From positions 1 to 64,000 of the forward strand of contig JAPMXV010000014.1 in the NCBI GenBank assembly GCA_026936335.1: a stretch of 64,000 nt of DNA, given 5' to 3'. The position numbers and the translations under genes are program-made. Below, in pieces: positions 53,801 through 64,000 of the stretch. The notes under the pieces are model-generated. The model was not told where the DNA came from. It was given only the letters and a program-made list of their open reading frames with translations, and did no database searches. Numbering within the stretch: position 1 is the first letter of the stretch; the number at the start of each line of letters is the position of its first letter. Source of the stretch: Mantamonas sphyraenae STR306. Its lineage: Eukaryota; Protista; CRuMs.

Positions 53801-54355
53801 GTTTTGTGTCCGTGTGTACAGGCGCATGTGCGCTCGAAACGCGTGTCACGGGCTGGGGCCTGATCATTGCAATTCGGCTCCTCGTTGACAGGTGCCTCGC
53901 CGTGCACGCCACACACGCATCTCCATGTCCATGTGACGCCACCATGGCATGTGGTGTGCATGTGGCCCGTCTTGTGTCCCGTGTTTGTGTCTGTGCATCA
54001 CCCGCTTCACGTACCGTTGCATGGATTCCATCAAATCCTCGCCTTCTTCCTCTTGCTCCAGCGGTTCGCCCTCGCCCAGCTGCTCCACCAGATCGTCCTC
54101 CTCGTCTCGCACAGGCATGGATGTCTCCGACGGCAAATGGCCCATCGATGACGACGATGGCGGCGACGATGTGCCCGGCCTGCGTCCTCGGCGGTTCCCA
54201 CGTGGAGCACGAGCCGGCGACGACGATCCAACCGTCCTGCGTCGCTTCTCACGACGACGCCTGCCCCCCTGCGGGCTCGACGACGTTTCCAGCTCCAGGT
54301 CGTTTTCCTCCTCGTCGTCCTCTGGATTGGTTGCACGGCTTCTCTTTGCTGGCAT
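50807..54355 (-). CDS. MCM2: DNA replication licensing factor MCM2; 3 introns, frame break at 52604-52607
   Basis: EEEGEDLM...RDY, GVVTRRTGVFPQL, C4 zinc finger, QESPGSVPAGR, GDPGTAKSQ, IDEFDKM, ILSRFD, VRHVES. Confidence 0.97.
51420..51497. repeat. (GAC/GAR/GAT)n trinucleotide tract encoding poly-Ser in MCM2
   Basis: About 24 consecutive Ser codons on the minus strand. Confidence 0.9.
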
Positions 54356-54494
54356 CTTCAAAGTGCGCTTTGGGGAAAAAGTGTTGTGTGCGAGAGCGCA
54401 GCCCGACTCAGCCAGCTGTTCTGTTCCAACAAGCTACGTCGCACAATTCATTTCAGCATCGTTCCATTGCCTGTCTTCTTTCAACACGACACTC

Positions 54495-56888
54495 TCAATC
54501 CATCCATCCCTTGAGGATGCGCATCAGCTTGCGGAACAGCCTTCCCTCCTTGCTGGAGGAGTGACGGCGTCGGCGGCGCTTCTCCTTCTTCTCCTCCTTC
54601 TCCTCCTCCTCGTTGTGCTCACCTGCGCTGCTGGACGAAGGACCCTGCTGCGCTGCAGGCGTGGGCACGCTGCGCGGAGGCAGAGTGGGCTCGGGCATGG
54701 GCACGCTTGTGGGCTCGGGCTGCGCCTCGGTGGGCAGCTGCACAGAAGGAACAAGCGGAGACGTAAGCATGTTGCTGGCTCGGTGCAGGTCGTTGCACGG
54801 CACAGGCGTCTTGCGGATGTACGGGTACGTGCGCATGGGACGCGGAGACCCGCTCTTCACCGAGGGTCCGTTCACGGGCGAGCGCACAAGCGACTCGCTC
54901 GCCTTGAGCTCGCCATCGTAGTGAGCAAAGCCTGCCACGTTGACACTGCCCCACGACACCGCATCCACGGTCTCGCCTGTGGGCAGCTTCAACACCACAG
55001 AGTCGCCCGAGTTCTTCAGGCTCATCGAATGCTCCACATCGGCCGCCTCGCCGTTTGCCAGGGCTGCAAACTTCTGTTGGTTGCGTGCCACTGTGAAGAA
55101 GTTGCCTGCGCCCAGCACAGTGCCTGCCTCGATGGTCACCAGGTTGTCCGGTTCGCCAATCTGCCAACCGCTCACCACAAGGTCGAAGGGCATCGTGTTG
55201 ATCACCTGCACAAACTCCTGGGTGGGTGTGTCGCCCGTCACGTACACCTCGTTGAACACCACCTTGGCCTTCTCCTGCAAAAAGTTGACGTACTTCTGAG
55301 CGCTGTGCACAAGCGTTCCGTCTCGCGACTCACCCTCCACCATCAGCTCCGTCACACCCTGACAGTAGCTGCGTGTGTCCACCGTCACGTAGTACAGCTC
55401 CTTGTTGCGCACCTTGCGCATGCGCAGCTTCTCGTACTGTGCCTCTGCCTCGTTCTCCTCGCCCGTCAGACCCACAAGCAGGTACACACGGTACGGGTCA
55501 TCCACAGTCGCGTAGATGGTTGTGCGTCCGCTCAGCACCGCACCGCTCTTCAGGTCAAAGAAGCCTGCGCGTGACTCGCGCTCTGCAAACGGGTTGCCCA
55601 GCGACCAGTCCCGGTTGAACACCTGCTGCGTCCACCACGCGGCGATTTCCTTGTCGTCCATCATCACACCCATCTCTCGGTTGGCTGACGACGGTGTGGA
55701 CGTCGAAGAAATCGACGACCCGGCCCAGTTGCCGCTGTACACAAACGTGTACTGGCCGTCCACCACCCAGAACTTGGCGTGCGTAAAGTACAGCGCGTTG
55801 GTCGTCTTGTACACGTCAATGCCCGCGTCAAACATACGCTGCGCCTGCTCGTTCGTGTTGGCGTTCTCCGGGTACGATGCACGGTTGTACGAGATCAACA
55901 CACGGATGTCAATGCCTGCCACACGCTTCTTCAGCGCAATCATCTCGTTCACCAGGGCCGTGTGGCTGATCGAGTAGATTTCCAGGTACACACTCTTCTT
56001 GGCGTTGCGGATGTACTTCAGGATCAGGTCCTCGCTGCTATCCGGGTTGGCAAACGCTGTCAGCTTGCGCTTTCCACGCCACGTCGGGAACGCCGACTTG
56101 GGCAGCTTGTCGTAGTCCGCCACACCCATGTTCATGTCCTCCACTTCGTAGTCCTGGCCCTCCTCCACATCGCTGTCGCCCATCTCCTCCTCGTGGCTCT
56201 CCTCCCCGTCGTCCTGCTCGCTTTCGCTGCTGCTTCCCTCCGCCGCGGCGTTTTCCAACGGCGCCGCTTCAGCCTGCTCTCCGTCCACTGCCATTGCGTC
56301 CTCCACGTTCTCCGCCTTGGTCGACGCTGCCTTCCAATCGTAGTCAAAGATGCGCTGGAAGTACGCGCCCACCTCGGTGTTTGTCACCATCATACCGGCC
56401 TCGCGGTTCGAGCGCAAGCTCTTTTCCGACCAATTCACCGACGAGAGGGCCGCCGTCTTGCCGTCAACAAGCACCAGCTTGTTGTGGTTCCACTTCAGCT
56501 GCTCCATGTAGCGCACCTCCACCCCCTGGGTCTTGAGGAACTCGCCCACGCGGTCCTTGTCCGCTCCCTTGCGGCCTTCCAGAATCACCCGGACCCGCCT
56601 TCTTTTGGACGCCGCACTAATCAGCGCCTGCACCAGCGGGTGGTCCGCGTAAGTGGCCACGTCAAACTTGCGGATGTACTGCAACTCGACGTCCACCGTC
56701 GAGCGAGCACTCTTGATCAGATCCACCTGCTCATCCTCCGAGTTGTCCGGCGAAAGAAAGGGCTTCAGCACAGACGACGAGCTGCTGCTCACCGCCGCAA
56801 AGTTGCCCGAGTACCGCTGCGCAGCCGCACAGGCCACCAGCAGCACGAGTGCCACCAACACAGTCTGTCTGAGGTTGGTTGTTTGCAT
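54495..56888 (-). CDS. Secreted double-HKD phospholipase D/nuclease superfamily protein with Ig-like and lamin-tail (LTD) domains; intronless
   Basis: Signal peptide; HNKLVLVD...SSVNWS...NRE and HAKFWVVD...SGNW...NRE; VVFNEV..EFVQVIN...SGWQI...LKNSGDSVVL...VDAVSWG. Confidence 0.9.
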   Translation of the reverse strand: MQTTNLRQTVLVALVLLVACAAAQRYSGNFAAVSSSSSSVLKPFLSPDNSEDEQVDLIKSARSTVDVELQYIRKFDVATYADHPLVQALISAASKRRRVRVILEGRKGADKDRVGEFLKTQGVEVRYMEQLKWNHNKLVLVDGKTAALSSVNWSEKSLRSNREAGMMVTNTEVGAYFQRIFDYDWKAASTKAENVEDAMAVDGEQAEAAPLENAAAEGSSSESEQDDGEESHEEEMGDSDVEEGQDYEVEDMNMGVADYDKLPKSAFPTWRGKRKLTAFANPDSSEDLILKYIRNAKKSVYLEIYSISHTALVNEMIALKKRVAGIDIRVLISYNRASYPENANTNEQAQRMFDAGIDVYKTTNALYFTHAKFWVVDGQYTFVYSGNWAGSSISSTSTPSSANREMGVMMDDKEIAAWWTQQVFNRDWSLGNPFAERESRAGFFDLKSGAVLSGRTTIYATVDDPYRVYLLVGLTGEENEAEAQYEKLRMRKVRNKELYYVTVDTRSYCQGVTELMVEGESRDGTLVHSAQKYVNFLQEKAKVVFNEVYVTGDTPTQEFVQVINTMPFDLVVSGWQIGEPDNLVTIEAGTVLGAGNFFTVARNQQKFAALANGEAADVEHSMSLKNSGDSVVLKLPTGETVDAVSWGSVNVAGFAHYDGELKASESLVRSPVNGPSVKSGSPRPMRTYPYIRKTPVPCNDLHRASNMLTSPLVPSVQLPTEAQPEPTSVPMPEPTLPPRSVPTPAAQQGPSSSSAGEHNEEEEKEEKKEKRRRRRHSSSKEGRLFRKLMRILKGWMD

Positions 56889-56942
56889 TCGAAAAAAAAG
56901 GTGTGGCCGAAACAGCGCTGCGTTTGTTCAGATCCAAAAAAC

Positions 56943-59900
56943 TCACACACGCACACTTCGCTCAAACTCCAGCAGCTGCTCCACACACATGCTATGGCCC
57001 AGCTCCGTGGCCACATCCGCTGCCGTCTGTCCGCGACTGTCCTGCACACCGGGACGTGCTCCAGCGCCCAGCAACTCCACCAGAACGTCCACAGACCCAG
57101 CCCGCACAGCAAGATGCAACGCCGTCTGTTGCTCCCCGTCCTGTGCGTTGACGTCGCACAATCCTGGGCGGCGCAGCAGCTCGCGCACGCAGTCCAGCGA
57201 TGGACGTGCAGCCGCAAGGTGCAGCGCCGTCCTCTCGTGACTGTCCCGCACATTTGCATCCACACCGTTGTACACAAGCACCTCCACAATCTCCACCATA
57301 CCCTCTGCACATGCCACATGCAGAGCCGTGTTTCCTTCGTGGTCTGCCACGTGTGCATCACACCCGCCATCCAGAAGCAGCGACACGCTCTTTACGCTTC
57401 CGCTCTGCACGGCTTTGTGCAAGCACGTCTCGCCCAGTGCATTGCTTGCACTCGTGTCTGCCCGAGAATTGATCAGCTGCACGCACACGTTGTGGTGGCC
57501 TGCTGCTGCCGCCTTGTGCAGCGGCGTCTCCCGCTCCTCCTCCACGCAGTTCACTTCGGCGCCCTTTTGGATCAGCAGGTTGATGCACTCCAGCTGCCCT
57601 CGCGCAGCCGCAATGTGCAACGGCTGCACGCCATTCAGAGTGCGTGCATCCACGTCCGCACGGCCCCAGTTGATCAGTGTGCTGACACATCCAATGTGCG
57701 ATCCTTCACACGCTCGATGCAGCGCAGTCTGGCCCCCGTAGTTGGCTCCGTCCACAAGCACGTCTCGTTGTTCCAACAGCACCTTGACCAGTCCCTCACA
57801 CCCGCTCGACGCTGCCAAATGCAGCGGATAGTTCCCATCCGCGTCCTGTTCGTGGATCGATGCCCCCTTGGCCAGCAGTGCACGCCCAATTGCCACACGT
57901 GCATCCTCCTTGCCCTGGCGAAGGGCGCAACACACGTGAAGTGCCGTTCGTTCCACCTCGTTCTTCCCATCCACCTTGACTCCCGCCTGGCGCAGCACAT
58001 CCTGCACCTCGTCCACATCCACTCTGCTCACTGCTTCCATCAACGCCTCGTTGGCCGCCTCTGCCTCGCCAAGGCCCATCCCGCTCACGCTGCTCATGTT
58101 CAGAAAGTTGTCTGTGCCAACCACGCTCGTGTTTGTGTTTGTCCTGCTGCCGTCGTCCTCTTCCTGCTCCTCGTCGCTCCATTGGTACATCGACGACACG
58201 CTGCTGCCTCCAAACGACTCGTCCAACACAGAGTCGTTGTACACACGCGAATGGTTCAACTTTTTGGCGGGTGATGCCTGTGCGCCGCGTGTGTTCACGC
58301 GCAGCGATGGCGATGTCACCACCTCGTCTCCCATCAGGCCGATCATGTTTTGCAGGTTGCTCACGTGCGTTGCATATTCTCGTTCGCTCACGTCTGCCAT
58401 CTGCCGTTGTGCACGCAGCTCACGTTCCATCTCCTGCATCTGCATCTGCATCACGCTGACCCGCGATCGGTACTCCGAGCCACTTTCGTCCTCGCCCTGC
58501 TCAAACTCCACTTGGATTTGCTGCTGCAGGTGGAGACACTGGTCCAGCACACGATCGCTTGCTCCTTCCTCCTCCAACATGGCCTTGAGTGACGCGCAAC
58601 TCTTGGCCAGCATGTTTCGGTACGCCTGAAACTCTGCCACCTGCTCCCGTGCATTCTCCGCCGCTTGCACCACCTGTGCCTCTACCCTGCGCCTCGCCTG
58701 TCGCTCCTCGTCCAGTTGACCAGGCACCACTGCATCCGACACCACCTCTTGCAGAGTGTCCACCTTGCTCTGCAGCTCTAGCACCCTGCTTTCGTGGTTT
58801 CGCTGCTCCGCATCCAGCTTCTGGCTCAACGCAAGCTTCTCTCGCTCCAACTGAGCCACTTCCCTGCCCAACTGCTCCGTTTCTTGTGCAAACCGCTGCT
58901 TTGCCAAACGCACTGCGTCCTGCTCCTTCTGCAGCAGCGCTTGGTTCGCACTCAGCGCCCCTTCCAGCCTTGCCCTTTCCTCCTCCAGCTCTCGGTTGCG
59001 TGCACTCATCTCCTGCACCATGCGCACCTTCCCTGGCGTATCCTCTACAATCCTTTCCACCCCACTGTGCTCCTTGCTAAGCAGCATCTTGTTCACCCGA
59101 TGATCCGCCTGCAGCTTTCGAAGCGTCGACGCCATTGCCCCCACTCCGCCACCGCCCACAGATCCCTCTCCCCGTTCACCCAACGCACTTTGCATCTCAC
59201 GGTCCAGGCGCCGCAGCCCATCCTCGATCTGTGCACGCACCGTGCGCTCCAGTTCCAACTCTGCAAACAGTGCCTCCTGCTTCGTCTCCGCCTCCACTGC
59301 CTTGCGCTTCCAGTGTCCACTCAACTGTTGCTCGTCGTCCATGAACGACGATGACTCCTCGCTCGCCTTCTCCTCAACTATCCCCCCTCGTGCCAGTGTG
59401 CGTGCCCGTTGCTTCCACATGTCCAGCTCCTCATGCAGCTGGCTGTGTTCGCTCTCAAAGCGGCCAAAGTGCAGCATCACCTTGCCCACAGCCGCAGATT
59501 GCTCCTCTGTCGCTGCTCCACTCTCCTCCACTCCACCGCTACGTTGGCGTCGCATCAGCGCTGTCCTCAGGTTGCGCTTGCATTCTGTCAGTTCTTTCGC
59601 CGCACGCTCCACGGCCTCCCTGCTCGACTCCTTGTCCTGCAGTGTCAAACGCCGTGCCCGTTCCACCTCGTCTTCATCGTTGGCTGCATGTGATTGCAGC
59701 TCCATCATCTGTTCCCGCGCGCTTTCCAGCTGTTCCTTTGCCTCGCGCAGTTCTGCACGAAGCCTCTGTGTGTCCTGCCTGTGCTGGCTTTCCAACACAT
59801 TCATCTGCTCCTTGTGTTGCTGCTCACGTCGCTGCTGCTCCGCTTCCATCTCTCCACGGATGCTCTCGCGCTGCTTGTCCATCTGTTTGCGCAGCGACAT

Positions 59901-62900
59901 CCGCTCCAAGTCCTGCTCCTCCTGCAAACTGCTGCGCTCTCGGCTGCTTTGAACACGCAACTGTTCACGCTCTGCCTCCAGCTCCCTCTCTGTGTCTCGC
60001 ACCTTTTGTTCGTACCGGGAACGCTCTGCGTCCATTTGCTCCCGCAGCCTTTCCTTCTCCCCCTCCACGCTGCGGATTCGTTCCTTCAGCTCCTTCACTT
60101 CCTCCATACTCTCTCGCAGTTGCTTCCTTGCAAACTCCAGGTTTCGTCCCGATTGGTCCTTTTCCACACCCGCAACTTCACGTGCGCTTTCCAGTTGTTC
60201 CTCCAGCGTGCCCACACGCACTTGCAGCCGCGTGTTTTCGTTGCGCAGCTCCTCCACCTTGTTCTTTGTTCCCACGTGGCTCTGCTTCTCGCTTTCGTAC
60301 AGCGAGCTCATCATGCTCAGTTCTCGGTTCTTGCGTGTCGCCTCGTCCAGCTTGAATTCCAGCTCGTCGTTCTGAAGCCTCGCTTGCGACGCTGCCCTTT
60401 CTGCAGCCTCCACCTCGGCCTTCAGATCCTCCACCTCTGCCTTCAACTTGCGCACAGCCTCTTCCTGCTGCCTGAATTCCATGTTGTTGTATCCCTGGAG
60501 CTGCTGCTGCTGCTGCTGTTGCTGGTTTGCGCGCGGCTGCTGTTCCAGCTGCTCTTGCAGACGTGCCACCTGCTCGTCTGCTGCTTCCAGCTTGGCTTCG
60601 GCCACAGCAAGCTTGTGCTTCAGATCGCTCGTTGTCGTGCGTTCGCGGTCCAGGCTCTGCAGCGCGTCGTCTCGCTCACGCATTGCACTCTCCAGCTTGC
60701 TTTGCGTCGTGCGCTGTTCCATCTTCCACAGCCTTCGCTCCTGTTCAAAGTCGGATCGCAAACGGCTCACCATGGCCTTGGTCTCGTCCGCATTGCCGCC
60801 CGCCATCGACGACGACGACTGGCCCATCATCGCCGCTTTGGAGGACGACGCCCCCGGCATCCAGCTGTCCTGGCTCATCTTGCTCATGCCCATCGAGCTC
60901 ATCATGCTTCCCATGCCCATGTTCTCGCTGTTGCCCAAGTTCCCGTCGCTCGAGGCCATTTCCTGGCTCAGCGCACGGAGCGATTCCAACAGATGGTTCA
61001 CCACTGCCGATTCGCCCCCCACGCTGACACCTGTGCCCACGCTTGCACGTGCCTCTGCGTCACGCAGCATCACCTCTTTGTGCTCCAGCTCGGCCACCAG
61101 TCGCTCCACACGGCCCTTCCAGCCGTCAAACGCACGCATGAACTGATCCCTGTGTGCCACCATCTGCTTGCGCACCACGCTGTGTGCCAGCTTGTACTTT
61201 GCCGTCACACTCTTGAACTTGGCCTTTTTGCTCGCATACGTCTTTTTGTACTCTGCCAGCTCCTGCTGTGCTGCCTCCATGCGCATGTACATGCCCTCGT
61301 TGGCCACCTTCAGCTCACGCACTTCCAGAGTGACCCCAGACACATCTTCCACCTCCTTGCGTGCCTTGTCCTTTGCTGCTTCTGCTGCCAGCTGCTGGTC
61401 CCGTGCCAGACTCGCTTCGTTGCGTGCACGGTCCCGCTCCTCCTTTGCAGTCTTCAGCTGCTCCAGCACAAGCTCCAGGTTCGATTTGAGGCGCTGCACA
61501 TCCAGTTCCAGCTCGTGCACCTTGCCACGGTACTTCATCTCTGCTCCGTTGGCCACCTCCTGCGCCTTGTGCAGTTCGCTCAGTTTCTCCTTGCCCTCCT
61601 TTCTCAGTTCAAAGTTGTCCTCACGCAGCCGTTCCACTTCCTTCTCCGACGATCGCTGCTGGCTCTGCACACTCGCCAATTCCCGTTCCGCCTGCTCCTT
61701 TTCCGCCATGGCCCTGCGCACTTCGTGCTCCAGAGCCTCGTTCTTCTCGCGCAGTTCCTCGTTTGCCTGCTTGTGCATCTTTCCCTGCAGAAGCTGCTCC
61801 TGCATGGACAGCTTCTGCATCATCAAATCGTCACGCTCCGCACGCAGTGCAGCCACCGCCCCCAGAGCCTCGTCGCTTGTTCCCTCTGAGCCTGTCTCTG
61901 CGCCGCACCTACACGTGCCTGGCTGTTTGCCTTTTGCAGCGTGCGCACTTCGTTCTGAAGCACCTCCACCTGTTCCTCCTTCACACTCAGTTTGGCGTCC
62001 ACTGCCGCCTTTTCCCTGCGCAGTTGGGCCAGTTCCCGCTCCAGCTCAAGCTTGCCTTCCTGCTCCTTCCTGGCCGCATGTGCCCCTTCGTTGGCACGGT
62101 CTCGTTCTGCTTGCAACAGGGAAACTTGGTCGCGCAGTCGCTGCAACTCCATACTCGTCTCTGCATCCTCTGCGCTGCGCGTGCGTTCTTCCGTGTGTGC
62201 CTCTTCCTTTGCTTTGCTCACTTCTGCCTTGGCTTCCTGCAGCGCCTGTCGTGCCTCGGTCAGCTGCGTGCTGAGCTTCTGGTTTTCGGCTTTCAGTGCC
62301 GCTTCGCGACGGCTTTGCGACGCACCAGCCTTCTGCTCTGCCTCTTCGTATGCTTGCAGGTCGTCGATCAGATCCTTCTTCTCGTCCTCCCACAGCGCCT
62401 CTCGCTCACGCCACTCGGAAATCTGCTTGCGCAATTGTGCCACCAACTCGTCGTCTCCTGCGCTGTGTGTCGCTGCCTGTGACGCTTGGTCGTGCGCGCG
62501 GTCCAGCTTGCGTTGCAATTCTGCGTTTTGATCCCGCAGCTGTTCCACGTCGTCCCGTTGCAGTTCCACCTCATGGCTCAGTGCCTCATTGCGGCTCTTC
62601 AGCTCCGCCACTTCGTCCTCCAGCCTCCTCAACTCTGCTGCCGCCGTCCGTGCCTGTTCCCGTTCCCGTCGCAGCTGCTCCACCAGAACGCGTGTTGCTG
62701 TCTCTGAAGGAGTGCCCCCACCTCCTGCCGTCCCTCCACCGCTTCCGCCTGCCGCTGCTGCTTTGTTGCCACCCTGCGATCGTGCTCCTCCCCCACGTGC
62801 CGTAGGCTCGTGATCAAGCAGATCGTCCAAATCAAGATCATCATCGTCGTCGTCGTCGTCGTCATCATCAAGGTCGTTGCGGTGCCCAAGACCACCCCTC

Positions 62901-63981
62901 CCGTTGTTCCTTCCTGCCGAAGCCGCCTCATGGAAGTGGCTGCGACTGCGCTTGTCCGATGGCGGCGTCGCGTAGCTTTCGGATCCCGGTGTCTCTGGCG
63001 GCGACTGCACAAATGCCATCACTGCGTCCTCGTCGTCTCCGACAGAAGAAGGAGATGCCACAACTGCGCCCATGTGTGTCTTTGCTGCCCCCGGCGTGCG
63101 TCGCGTGGTGCTGTTGTCCTGCCTGCCGCTGCCACCACGCGTTGTGGAACTGTTCCCGCTGTCCCCACTGCGAGCCAGTCCCCTTCTGCTGCCCACGCCT
63201 GCATCCTGGTCATCGTCCAGGGTTTCCACTTCCAGGTCCAAGTCGTCTTCGTCAAAGTGTGTGGGTTGCCGTGCGGCACGCTCCCGCTCCGCCCGCGCTT
63301 CTTGCTCCTCCCGCTCCCGCATCGCTTGCTCCTCACGAGCACGCTCCTCTTCCTGGAGGCGCTTCTGTTCCTCACGCTTTGCCTCCTCCAGCTCCTTCAT
63401 CTTCTGCTGCAGGTAGGTGCGGCATCGGCGCAGGGCGGCGACCGTTTGTTTGCGCGCGCTTTCCTCGGGCGCGTCTCGTTGGGGCTTGCTGTGATTGCGC
63501 AGGCCTTCTTCCACATACCACAGCGCGTCATTGCCTTCTGCATCCATTGTGTCCAACGCTGCACCCTGCGTGACCAGTTCTAAAAGGCAATTGAATGCGC
63601 CTTGGAACGCTGCGTACATCACCGGCGTACGCGAACCCTTGTCCTTGCAGTCCAGATCCACATCCATTTCGCCAAACACTTTGATCAGCTCTGGATGGTT
63701 CTTGTACACGGCGTAGTGCACCGGTGTGCGTCCGTCCCCATCCGGCACGCCTGCGTCGGCCCCAGAGCGCATCAGCCGACGAGCAATATCCCCGTTTCCA
63801 ATGTACGCTGCCAGATGCAGCGGAGTGCGAGACTCTGCGTCGGGCATCGACACGTCAGCGCGCTTGTCCAGCAACAGCTTCAAGATGTCCTGGTTCTTGA
63901 TCATCACTGCCTTGTGCAGCGCCGTGTGGCCCTCGTCGTTTGCCAGGTGCAGATTCGCGCCACGGCTCAACAGAAACATCA
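56943..63981 (-). CDS. Giant ankyrin / coiled-coil / ankyrin protein, 5'-partial (over 2300 aa); frame break at about 61903
   Basis: TALH/TPLH ankyrin repeats at both ends with long E/R/Q/K heptad region between. ORF begins right after a CAG acceptor at about 63982, so the gene continues beyond the window. Confidence 0.85.
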
Positions 63982-64000
63982 CTGCCCCCAGGGTTAAACG

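Overview
Left end of a chromosome from a compact-genome, GC-rich unicellular eukaryote. The taxon cannot be determined from sequence alone. Gene content implies flagella/centrioles, aerobic mitochondria, Arp2/3 and sterol synthesis. A (CCCTAA)n telomere (1-197) is followed within about 270 bp by two lineage-specific subtelomeric genes: a protein built from four copies of an unrecognised domain, and a RanBP2/CCCH zinc-finger protein. About 25 tightly packed genes follow, with short GT-AG introns and CTGAC/CTCAC branch points: OCA-type pseudophosphatase, DLD, PFDN2, Bub2/Cdc16, ATP synthase delta and beta, squalene epoxidase, GT54, MPST, EF-hand protein, ARPC5, SUCLG1, Tctex2-type light chain, KAR, LRR protein, CCDC77, CBS protein, SARAF, LCAT fusion, filamin-PH, PDI/TMX, MCM2, PLD-LTD and an ankyrin/coiled-coil giant. 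The standard genetic code fits. Most notable: a PHTF-like 7TM ion-channel candidate, a secreted silaffin-like Lys/Asp block protein, two enzymes with prokaryote-style modules, a telomere-oriented C/G strand skew, very short intergenic spacers, and about 10 single-base frame breaks including one in MCM2 (most likely assembly indels). All family calls come from manual motif recognition and hand splicing, not database searches.
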